Assembly (NCBI GenBank): GCA_964106915.2
Contig: OZ066915.1
DNA: 64,000 bases
Source: Podarcis gaigeae
Lineage: Eukaryota
Strand: one strand, 5' to 3'
Shown one piece after another: positions 26,005 to 36,977 of this stretch. The notes under the pieces are model-generated. The model ran no database searches. It saw only the letters and a program-made list of their open reading frames with translations, and had not been told where the DNA came from. The stretch's first letter is position 1, and each line of letters opens with the position of its first letter. A program made the position numbers and the translations under genes.

Positions 26005-26271
26005 AAGATGTGTGGAATATTGTGCAATTTCTTTCTGGGAACTTGGTGTATAGAATAACCAAATCACTGTTTGTATCCTTTGAATAATTTGGTGTACTGA
26101 TTAATTTCTTTCTTTCTTTCTTTTTTGTTTGTATCTTTTATATTTATATTTTTCTTGTTTTGTATCTTTTCTTTTTAGTTTTGAATATTTGGATGTAATG
26201 CTTAATAAATGCTTTCTTTGTAATTTTTAAAAATGCAATAAAGATTTTTTAAAAAGATGTGTGGAATATTG
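26005..26271 (+). mobile_element. 5'-truncated retroposed insertion (probable L1 3' UTR) with 18-bp TSD
   Basis: aagatgtgtggaatattg at 26005-26022 and 26254-26271 flanks a T-rich insert ending in AATAAA (26237) and a short A run. Confidence 0.75.
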
Positions 26272-27050
26272 CAGGAGATACGCATTATTGTATTACAGCA
26301 TTTTATAAACCATTGATAAATTCCAAATTTCAGTTTTTACATGTTGGTTCAGAACTAACCTAGCAAGTATTCCCTAATAATACATGTATCTTGAGTACAA
26401 CACAATTAGTTAAATTTACAATGATCAAAATATTCAGGTAGAAGAGTTTTGCATTGTGATGTTAATTCTAGCAATTCCCTAGACTATTTGTGGAGGTAGG
26501 CTATAACTGTTTTGAGCTAGTTTCCAGTACCAATGTGGCTATGCCTTCAGCATGCACAGCAGATCACTTCCAGACAGTGAAATTATTCAAAAACAGTAGC
26601 TCCCAGAAGCAATAAAAATCTGCCAGTTGGCTATGCTGAATATTGTTGCACATCATCCTAATCTCCGAGTGGTGCAAGATTATAGAAGTCCAGGCACTTA
26701 CCCAGTGTTTGTGTTTCCCTTGGAAATGAGGCACAGCAAAGACTGTGGTTTCTTGGATATATGGTTTATTTACATATGTATACAACCTGAGCCTATGGTA
26801 GGGGTTCATAGCATTACACTCCCAAGATGCACTCGCTTCATCCCAGTCTTAGATTCCAGCAGAAATCAGCCATGGCCCTCTGTCACCCTGCTCCAGTTTG
26901 CTGCCTTGAACAGACTGCCACCTTTTCCCTCACATCATTCCCAGCTGCAATCCTATACCACTACTCTTCTTCCAACCCTGGCCTTTGTCCTGCAAGCTAG
27001 CTATGACTTGAAGGAGAGACTTACACCCATTAGTCCTCCAGCACAGAGTA

Positions 27051-27249
27051 CATTCATACCTTGGGTTACAGCCACTTCAGGTTGCGTTTTTTTGGGTTGC
27101 GGACTGCCAAAACCTGGAAGTACCGGAACATGTTACTTCCAGGTTTCAGCAGTCACACATGTATGCTGAGTTGCAACCCGCGTGTGCACAGACACAGGTT
27201 GCAAATGTGCATCCTGCACGGATCATGTTCGCAACCTGAGCGTCCACTG
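27051..27249 (-). mobile_element. Tc1/mariner MITE, subfamily B (reverse orientation)
   Basis: TA flanks; reverse complement aligns by eye with 36771-36977. Confidence 0.85.
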
Positions 27250-28080
27250 TATTTGCTTTGTTAATTGTCCATTACCTTCCTTTTGTTTTCCTTGATGGCT
27301 CTTCTCTGAGGTGTTTTCCTGAACTTGAAACTGGTTTGGCCTGTACTACAACCTTTTGCTAAATCCAGTGTTTGGCACCCATGCATTAGAACTGGGGTCC
27401 AGGAACCCCACAAACTCATAACAATATAGAAGGAGGGGTTGCTGGTTTGTTTCTGTTCTTATTTTTTATTATATTTTTGTGTGGTTGATACTGTAATTCT
27501 ATTTTGTGGACAGCACTGAGATCTATGAGTATAGGGCAGTATACAAATGTAATAAAAAATAATAATATAAGCAGCAACACTTATACCTGGAATAACCTGA
27601 AGAGAATTCTACTGTGTGGGATCAAGCTCAGAGTTCGTCTAAACTGTAACTCACACTTTATCCTTTATCCAATGACCAGGCAGATTCCTATTTAATATGT
27701 AGTACTTTCCAATTAACCTATGAGGCAAACTAAATGTTTTTCTTCTCATATAAACCATCACTGAACAATTGGTTTTGTGTATCCCACAGTTGTGTCTCCC
27801 AACAATTATATTTGTCTTAAAATTTTAAGTAGCAATTATGCTTCCAAGTCTGATTAAACTCCAGGAAACTAGCATTTTGTGAATTATTTTATGTATTCAT
27901 TTAGAAAATTTACAGACTATTTTATTTTTTTAAAAAACTATTCAAGCGGTGTACAGATAAGTTATAGTATGGCCTCTTCATTGAAGGTAGATTAGGAACC
28001 TGGAGCCCAATCTTACCCAGGAGTTCAGTAAGGTCCATGAGTAGGTATTCTTTAAAAATAAACTGATCTTATTCATGTAG

Positions 28081-28189
28081 GAGCTATGACCATTCAAGAA
28101 GAGATCAGTCAAATCAAGCGCAAATTGCAAGCTGGTAAGAAAACTCAAGAGAGGCAAAAAAAGAGGTATCGTGATCGGATGGTGGAAAG
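28081..28189 (+). CDS. AKAP8L: AKAP8L coding exon 8 (KRKLQAGKKTQERQKKRYRDRMVE)
   Basis: atgtag acceptor, gtaagt donor; strong homology. Confidence 0.92.
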
Positions 28190-28620
28190 GTAAGTCCAAC
28201 AAGTTGTTGGAGGTTGATGTTTCATGTTGTACTTTCAAAAGTTTTTCAAAGGTATTATAACATTTAAAAACAAGCAATTCTCCGTTTAAATAATAATAAT
28301 AAGCCAATGCCCTTCCAGTGCTCTACATCACAGCTGTACTGAAGTTCTGTGCAGTCTTGGGGATTGCTGGTAGGGTTAGAACAAGAAGTTGGAGGGTTGA
28401 TGGTCTCACGTATTCACCAACAACAGTTTCAGGATACATGGTCTATAAAGAGTTCAATTGGGAATAAGACAGCAGTGTTGCCTATTCAAGCACACCTAGT
28501 GTATTGTAGTTCTTTGCTATAGTAAACTATATCAGCTTGACTACATAAAGGAAACTGGAAGTTTTCAAATTACTGCTGTGTAGATAAAAAGACTTTTCTT
28601 TATTTGATATATCTTAACAG

Positions 28621-28762
28621 GATTCAGTTTGTATGTTCGTTGTGCAAGTATCGCACTTTCTATGAGGATGAGATGACCAACCATTTGGAGAGCAAATTCC
28701 ACAAGGAACACTTTGCATTTGTTGGAACCAAGCTGCCCCAGCAAACAGCTGACTTCCTCCAG
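28621..28762 (+). CDS. AKAP8L: AKAP8L coding exon 9 (AKAP95-type zinc finger 1)
   Basis: [30 protein letters not shown]; ttaacag / gtaggc. Confidence 0.95.
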
Positions 28763-29147
28763 GTAGGCTTTTTTTTCCGTTGAGCATTCCATTTTCCTTT
28801 AGATATTAACATGCAAAGCTAAATGTGGCACTTTGCTTCATTTTCCCCAGTCCCTCCTTGTCATTTGGTTTTTAATTATTTCAAGTGGGGCAAAAAATGT
28901 ACTTTTGGATGACTATCAGAGTAGAAAACATCAGCATCTCTCAGTTCATCTGTGCTGCTCTTGCATTTTTCAGTACACAACACATCCACACCATTACCTT
29001 AGTTCTTGCTTTTGAGAGAGATGAGGGAAAGGAAAGGAAGGCATAGCTTTGATTGTACTGTATAGTAATCCTAGCATGTTGTGCATTGGGCCAGGCCAGT
29101 ATGGTATTATGCACTATTGAGTATTCATAAGCTTTTCTGCAATGCAG

Positions 29148-29253
29148 GAGTATGTTGCTAATAAAACAAAGAAGACAGAAGAACGCCGTAAAGCAATTGA
29201 AGATATTAATGCAGTTATACAACAGATCTACAAAGACCAAGATCTTACCCAGG
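29148..29253 (+). CDS. AKAP8L: AKAP8L coding exon 10
   Basis: EYVANKTKKTEERRKAIEDINAVIQQIYKDQDLTQ; tgcag / gtaggt. Confidence 0.92.
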
Positions 29254-30216
29254 GTAGGTGTTTTAAAATTCAGCTAAAAAGCAATACATACTGTTGTTTT
29301 CTTGGGTAAAAATGTTCAGTTTTCATTCAGAAAAATAGGATAGAGGATAGGAAGCAATTCCGTAATGTTCTGTGTGAGACAAAGATGTGCCTAAATTAAC
29401 TTGGCTATTAGCTGAGATGGATATTGAATGCCCCCTCCCCCCTTTTGGTCCTTTGGTACAGTCGAGAGGGGTGTATATGTGTGCAAAACAGTCATTGTGT
29501 GTACGGTGGGATAGGTACTTTTTTAGAGAGAGAATTTCCCCCACTGCCCCTGAGGAATGGAAGTCTGTTATTTCACCCTCCTATATATTTTCCTGCTATC
29601 AAAGGTTTCCTATAGGAATCCTATGGCCCTCCAGACGTTGCTGACAGCGTTCGCAACTCCCATTGTTCAGGCACATTTTGCGACAGAGAATTTCATTAAT
29701 GCAAGCAGTTTTTGAGCTCTGGGTACAGTACTTGCACCTAATATTTCAGATTAAAACTGCCACTGCTGGGAGGAAAGGAGGACCTTTTTCTGCCTCCCCA
29801 CTTCCAACCACTCTTTGAAGACTAAAGAAGGGACCCTCATAAGAATATTAGGGGGGCAGGCAGGGGAAGTATGGCTTTGTTTTTTGCAGCCTTCAAATGA
29901 GGACTAGACCATGTGAAAAATGAACATAAGATTTTAGCTGCAGTTTATTAATTTTCAGCTTTGTATTCTTCTTATTAAGAAGCACACCTAGACACTCAGT
30001 TGCGGTACCCATAACCTAGGTTTAAGGTGCCATTTAGCTCCTAGTTTTCATATCTCAGTTTCTAACACTGGTTACTGTATTACAGTGTTCATCATCCCTC
30101 ACCATTGACATGGTGGCTGGGGCTTATAGGAGTTTGTGTTCCCATAGCAGATGGCCATGGGTTTTCCATATGCGTTCTACAGTCTGTAATATTATGACTT
30201 GTTTAACTTTTCTCAG

Positions 30217-30347
30217 ACATAGGTATGGAACATTTTGTAAAAAAGGTGGAGGCTGCTCACTGTGTTGCTTGTGACCTCTTCATTCCGATGCAGTATGGAA
30301 TAATCCAGAAACATCTGAAGTCCCTTGATCATAACCACAACCGCAGA
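30217..30347 (+). CDS. AKAP8L: AKAP8L coding exon 11 (zinc finger 2)
   Basis: [44 protein letters not shown]; tctcag / gtaagt. Confidence 0.95.
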
Positions 30348-31369
30348 GTAAGTGGATTTGTTGAATTAGCTGTTCACCACAAAAACACACTGGAGAAGCT
30401 TGAACAATCACTACATCATTCAACTTTATAATGGCAAAAGCAGATAAAGACTAAAGCAATTGAATAATTTAGGGGCTTTAATGCTTATTTTAACGTAAAT
30501 ATACTTTAAAGAGCATGCTTAAGAGACTTTAGTATCTATTTTAAATATATATATCAATATAGTATAGCTACTCTCCTGGCAGTAATATAGCCACTAATGG
30601 CATCCCATTACTTCCAAGCAGTTCTTTGACTGCAAATGTAGCTCCTGCTTGGTTTTGTTAAAAAACACACACACCAAAAACCTGCTTCATTAAATTTTTA
30701 AAGAAGTCTTTGAGTTGCAAACTGATAACTTGTTCGCTGAAATTCAGTACCCTTAAGCTAAAGAACTTTAAAAGTGCATTGGCCAATAAAAATTTTATGT
30801 AGACTTTTTGATCTGTTTTGTTAAACACTAACTTATGAAAGAGAGGTGTGTATATCTTGCTTCACACAGTGGGCATAGGCTGTGGAATCAGTTGATCGCT
30901 GCAGCTCAGTACATGTCTCTTTCTTTTGTGTTACCCAGTATTTACTGGGAGAGGTGTGGTACACATGCCACAAACAGACTTACACTGCCAAATATAAATT
31001 TGCCCTCAGATGTTTGGTTGGATATTAAGGTTCAGAATTAACAGTGGATAGGGTCCGGTGAATTGACAGGTGAGAAAGCAGATTTTTTCCTTCTCAGCTT
31101 CCACAGTCTAAGTCTAGAGTAGGGAACCTTTTTGGCTGCACAGGCATGATCATTCTCAGGATCTGCCTTGCACACCAAATTTGACCTGTCAAAATCAATT
31201 TTGCTTGGGAAGTAGGAGGAGGTTTGTGAGTCTCCTTCCCACATTAAATAGTTCCTGATGAAAATGTGTGAAAAGTTACTGTATTTTGGAAGGCCTGTCT
31301 TGGTATAAAAAAGAATGAAATGTAGGTACATTTTGTGCAGACCATTTATTTATGTATTTTGTCTTCTAG

Positions 31370-31465
31370 GCTATGATGGAACAGTCAAAAAAATCATCAT
31401 TAGTAGTTGCAAGAAGTATTCTTAACAATAAACTTATCAGCAAGAAATTGGAGCGATATTTGAAG
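31370..31465 (+). CDS. AKAP8L: AKAP8L coding exon 12
   Basis: [32 protein letters not shown]; ttctag / gtaaaa. Confidence 0.93.
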
Positions 31466-32000
31466 GTAAAACGTATAAACATAAGAACGGCCCACAGAGG
31501 GGTTATGGGCAGAATCCAAAGTGGCATGAGCGAACTTGATGCTTGCACTGTATAACTTCTTTCCTTCTACCTGCAGCCACCATGCATTCCTGAAATCTGC
31601 TCCAGAGGGTACCCTATCCCTCTAATGTAAATTTTGAGGGTGCATGGAGGGCTTCAGGGAAGAAGTGTGTAAGGAGAAGTCTGTTCCACTCACACACATG
31701 TTGGATACAACTCCCCCCCCCCCAAAAAAAAAACTTAAAAAGAGCCATATTGCTATGTTAACAATGGGAAAGCTTTTATTTTTTAATATTAACTGAGTTT
31801 TAATGTATTTTCCGCTAATCTCCATTTTATCTCTCTGCTTCATAGTGCACCCTCTCTTCTCCATGCCTTACTATAAGGGCACTCTCAGTTTCTAAGTCTT
31901 AATTTCTCTCTGCAGACCACTGAACCCATTCCTTTTTCCATTTCCCCATCTGTACGTGTCTGCACCTCCAACTTCTTAACTTCCCAATGTTTTCTTACTA

Positions 32001-32203
32001 CAGTGGTACCTCTAGTTACGGACTTGATCCATTCCGGGGTACCGTTCACACCCTGAAAAGTCTGCAACTATAGCACCGCAATAAAGCACTTCTGCGCATG
32101 CACAAGATGCATGGCGAAACCCGAAAGTATACACTTCCGGGTTTGCCACGTTTGTATCCTGAAAAAACGCAACCAGAGACTGACATAACAAGAGGTACAA
32201 CTG
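32001..32203 (+). mobile_element. Tc1/mariner MITE, subfamily B-related
   Basis: TA|CAGTGGTACCTCT...AGAGGTACAACTG|TA; internal acttccgggttt shared with subfamily B. Confidence 0.85.
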
Positions 32204-33168
32204 TATGCAGTTCTCTGCATCTTACAGTGGTTTTTTCTGTTTGCACTCAGTTTCTGTATACACTTTAAAAATCACCTCTCTCTCATTTTGCTTTCTTTCC
32301 TATTGTGTCCCCCCTCAAAATACTTTATTGAGACTGGCAGCAATAGCCCCAGGATATCCACCCTAGTGAAGGGTCCACAGATGCAGATGGACCATGTAGC
32401 ATGCTTAGTATGCTGCAGCAAGCTTGAAAGACATCTCTGAATCCAGGAAGAGGAAGTGTTATATAGGCATTCTCTCATTTCCAGTGCAATTTGGAAGGGT
32501 TTCAGTAGGCATATGTTCTTGTAAAGATATGGGAAAGGGCCACAAATGATGGGATGTGGAATTTCCCCCAAGTAGCTGCAAATAGAAGGGAGGAGACCAC
32601 AATCAGTCTGTGAACTGGGCATTGGGCACACCTAGACTGTACTCTATGGAGAGTTTTAACAACTTTTGCAAAATGAACAGTAATTGCTGTGTAAATTGCA
32701 AGATATTTTTAAACTTTATAAATTGATGGAGTGGGATGACTTTTTTAATTTGTCACATCCTGGAGGTTAAAAGAAATGAGTTTGCTTGTATAATGGAGAA
32801 CACATTCTTGTTTTCAGAAAGATTATTGAGACACTTGTTGGTTGAAATGCCATAGTCCCCCCCAAAAATGATCAGGGATCTTTCACGTGTATCAGAGACT
32901 TGATTATATCTACTAGTCAAAGAAAAGGAATGAAAGTTTCCTGATTTCTTGTTACTTTTGTATTTTATTTTCTTCAGGTTCTGTAGTTTAAAGCATACCA
33001 AAAATAAATAAATTAGTGCAATAGTCAAGGCCTTAAAATTACTTTTATGTGATGGCCCCACTCAACAACAGAAACATGCTTACCCAGCTATATATTGTAG
33101 ACTGCTCAGTTCCTTAAAGTGTGTGATGTTTAATGCTGGGTGTCAGGTGGTTCTGATTTGTTTTGCAG

Positions 33169-33528
33169 GGGGAGAATCCCTTCACAGATGATCCTGAAGA
33201 GAAAGAGGAACATGAGGAAGGTGAGGCAGGAACAAGTGGAAATATGGAGGAGGGAGCAGCTGAAGGTGAAGAAAACAAGGTTGAAGAAGAAACCAAAGGT
33301 GGAGACAATCTGGCTGAGGAAGATGTAGTTGAAGAAGGTACTGCAGAAAACAAAGGAAATGATGATGAAGAACCACCACCAGGACAAATGGAAGAGCAGA
33401 ATTTGAACACATCCCAGGAATCATTTGCTGCTGAGCAGGAGCAAGAATATGATGAAGAAGACGACAAAGAAAAAGAAGAAAGAAAAGGATTCATACCTTC
33501 AGAGGATATGGAACCACCTGATGAGTGA
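33169..33528 (+). CDS. AKAP8L: AKAP8L last coding exon (GENPFTD + acidic tail)
   Basis: ttttgcag acceptor; ORF 33163..33528; TGA 33526-33528. Confidence 0.93.
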   Translation, partial: GENPFTDDPEEKEEHEEGEAGTSGNMEEGAAEGEENKVEEETKGGDNLAEEDVVEEGTAENKGNDDEEPPPGQMEEQNLNTSQESFAAEQEQEYDEEDDKEKEERKGFIPSEDMEPPDE

Positions 33529-33564
33529 ACTTGCACAGAAGGTTGAAGCGTTTTGAGACTCTGC

Positions 33565-34433
33565 ATTAAAACTTTTTAAACCATAACTGTATTTGTGACA
33601 CTACATGGCACGCAGCTTTGTTTCTCATTGACTACATTTTCACCTAGTTACAGCACTTGAAAGCCTTTATCTGTAAAGTGTTTTTGGAAATAGCTTTTTT
33701 TAACCAAATCTTCATTGTATTAGCTAGGTTTTGTGCAGTACAATTTTTAGGTGGCTTTATACTAGGAATATACCTCCCCTCCTTTTTGAGTAAATAACTC
33801 AAAACCAAATTGTGTTAATTGGCTTCCAACTTTGGGGGGAGGTAATTGTCCTCTAATTTTCTCCCCCCTCCCCCTTTAACTTTGTATATAGTTGAAGATG
33901 TTTTTGTTCCCTAGCCAGCCGTGTCTGGATATGTCAATAGCAGAATTCTGGGTTTTAAATTCTGCACGATCGGAGTAACTTCCATGCAACTGTAGCATTC
34001 TTCTACTCTACCTTTTTACTTTTAATATGCAGAAGTAATACTTGGGGGTCAGCACAATAGTTTTTCCAGTGCTTTTATTTAAGGATGAATTCTTCCAGTG
34101 GATTGAGATAATATTAGGATTACCTGTACATGTGGGTTTTTGGAAGAAGCAGCCACATGAAGGGTGTGCAGGAAGCCTCAAAAAGGGATAAATGCATCCT
34201 AGCACATTCGTAAAAGGCAATTCAGCATTGCTCCTTTTGAGTTTTGTCCTGATGTTGTTTAGGGGACATCATTTATGCTGCTTGCCTTAGATTGCTATTC
34301 TGTAAATGAAGGCTATGGTAGCCCATATGAAAGATGAAGAGTGTTACAGAAACATTAAATATTCCCTTCAATGCAGTTCTTTGGCAGTTGTCTCATTCTA
34401 AATCATCCTGCAATCTCAGCAATGTACTACTGC

Positions 34434-34465
<32 letters not shown>

Positions 34466-34803
34466 ATACGTGTGTGATTTTTTACTACAACCCAAGGTTT
34501 ATTTTGGTTACACTCTGCCCCATGAAGCAATAGTGCTGCTGCTACAACTACTACTGCTCTTGTTCATCCTTCATTTATTATCGTGTGTTTCTCTTCAAGT
34601 ACATGTGTGCTTCCTACAGTGAAAATCAGGTAGTGGACTGGACAAGGTTTTATGATCCTTTGTTTCTGCTTTCCTGCTACATCAAAGGAAAAGGGTGAGT
34701 GAAGTAATTGTTGCACCACAGGATGCAGGCCTTGCTGCCATACACCACTCCTGCTACCTTAAGCCTTTAAAACACCTAGCATCTGGAGCTATATGGAAAT
34801 AAA
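33565..34803 (+). terminator. Candidate AKAP8L polyA signals: ATTAAA 33565-33570, AATAAA 34798-34803
   Basis: Hexamers downstream of the stop; usage unknown. Confidence 0.4.
34435..34463. repeat. (TG)n microsatellite downstream of the AKAP8L stop
   Basis: About 14 tg units. Confidence 0.95.
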
Positions 34804-35220
34804 TATTGTGAGTAAATTGCAAAAGTCATTACATTTAATCAACAGAAATAGAAATGTTGAAGGAGGCTTCAGAGTACAGTTTTTCTTTAGGAATGTGTAA
34901 TGACTCAAGTGTTTAGAACAGTATGCTATGTTGTGTACCTTATCAAGTCTTAGATGTTCCTGATAATGAATTAAATGAATATTGGGAGTACAGTACTGAA
35001 ATTATAGAACTAAACTCTTTTCTACATATCTGAGCTGGCATCTTGAAATGAAGTGTGTGCTCTGTAAGTGAAGAAAATTTCTGCAACAGCTGTTAGCGAA
35101 GGATAGTAAGTTTTAGAAGTATTATGGCAGTCACTGATTGTGGCATAGGTTTCTAATCTTTAAGTAGTCATTGCTGCCTTCTTCAAGCCATTTTAGGAAT
35201 TTGCCTCAATGATAGTAGTA

Positions 35221-35449
35221 CAGTGGAACCTCGGGTTGCAGACGTAATCCGTGACGGAGGCACGTCCTCAACCCACAGCGTTCGCATCCTGAAGCGCCAC
35301 GTCTGCGCAGGCACCGGCACAATTTGGTGCTTCTGCGCATGCGCGAGCAGCTAAACCCAGAAGTAACCCATTCTGGTACGTCCGGGTATCCCGCGGTCTG
35401 CAACCCGAAAACACGTAACCTGAAGCGTCCATAACATGAGGTATGACTG
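35221..35449 (+). mobile_element. Tc1/mariner MITE, subfamily B
   Basis: TA|CAGTGGAACCTC...GAGGTATGACTG|TA. Confidence 0.88.
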
Positions 35450-36770
35450 TACATGTTAGTAGTAAAAATGTGAGTTGCACAAAAATGTTAACTGTAGTTA
35501 GGGACAGCGTGTCCCCTTCTGCTGCTTGAGGCAAAACTGGGAGTCCTGCCCTGCCACCCCACCGCCTTTACCACTGGCACTAAATAGGTATCAACTTTTC
35601 CACCCCCACAGGGGCTTCTTCCACCTAAGGTGGCGGCATCACCCCACCTCATGGGTGGGCTGCGCCAGACTGTGGTAACAACTTACTTTGTAGCCATCTT
35701 TTTATCAACTGGTTAAACCCAAAAGGAGTGGTATTCATTTTTAAGCTTATATATACGTCTAAAAACCTCAGTAGCCTCCTATGCATTCCATCTTCATTAT
35801 TGCACTAACAGCCCACACATAAACATGCTTACTTGCTTGTTTGCAAAGGGGTGGAATTCACTGTAGTGCTAAGTGGGATATGCATGCACAGAACGAGGTC
35901 TGCTCACACAAAAAGTCTCTTCCCTACCCACACCTCCCCTAAACCTGTTCTTTGGTTCCTCCCAAGCTTCCAGAGCAGATTTGCGGGGGGTGTGGCAGGA
36001 GAATGTCCTGTTGCACCAGTAGACCTCATCTGTGCATGCAACAACTTAGTGGAATCCTGCTGTAAGTCTCTGTAAGTGCAGTGGGACCTATTTTGGGATA
36101 GATGTTTAGAGTTGCAGGCTCAGCATGGAGTCCCCATGTTTGTCTCACAACTCTAAAGCAGGGGTGAGGACATATTGGGAGAAAACTGACAGGCATGAGG
36201 TCTGGATGGCCTAGGGTCAAATTAGGTATGATATTGAACATGTCTATTCTTCACACACCCACTCCCTGCAAAGCAAGCTGCAGCTTTAGGTGAAACGACA
36301 CAGAAGGATAGGTTAAACAGAGCAAATCTCAAATTTAGCAGTTAATCAGTAAAAACAAGAATAAAAGGGGATCCGGATCCTAAAACGTCTGCCATGTTTG
36401 ACCCTTAATGGGAGGTTTTTATGGATTTATTTAATTCAAAGCCTGTTTGGGGCATCTCTAGAAGTTCCACTGTTATTAAGATTTTGTGGGGATAGCTGGG
36501 CTATCAAGTTCTATCGTAGAAGGGTAGTAGAGGAAGTGGTGGCGGCAGCAATTATCCTGGTGCTAAGTGCTTCATCTAGAGGAGGCTTTGTTGGGATTGA
36601 AGATCTGAGGAAGAGCCTTAGATTGTAAAATTATTAAAGGTTATCTGAATCCCTTATTAAACTTCCTTCATTCATCCATCACACTCCATTGCTGCTATTT
36701 ATTAGTGAAAAGGAGGTTAGATTGGTCCTTTCTGGAAATGTAAGGGGGCAGGTAAAGCTCCAATCCTATA

Positions 36771-36977
36771 CAGTGGACGCTTGGGTTGCTAACGTGATCC
36801 GCGCAGGATGCACATTCGCAACCCGCAGTAGCGCGTCTGCGCATGCACGGGATGCAATTTGGTGCGCATGCGCAATTGCCGAAACTCGGAAGTAACCCGT
36901 TCCAGTACTTCCGGGTTTTGGCGGTCCACAACCCGATAAAACACAACCTGAAGCATCTGTAACCCGAGGTATGACTG
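36771..36977 (+). mobile_element. Tc1/mariner MITE, subfamily B
   Basis: TA|CAGTGGACGCTTGGGTT...AACCCGAGGTATGACTG|TA. Confidence 0.88.

Larger units (their letters stand above)
13949..33528 (+). other. AKAP8L: AKAP8L (HA95/NAKAP95) gene, 13 coding exons, 1905 nt CDS, 634 aa
   Basis: Spliced product MSYSGYGNWNSGTNRGYEDY...[19 protein letters not shown]...[30 protein letters not shown]...[38 protein letters not shown] matches AKAP8L; exon lengths sum to a multiple of 3. Confidence 0.95.

Noticed and set aside
33114-33566. Antisense Ser/Phe-rich ORFs over the AKAP8L and AKAP8 last exons (also 57031-57556)
   Set aside because: Expected shadows of GAA/GAG-rich acidic coding sequence
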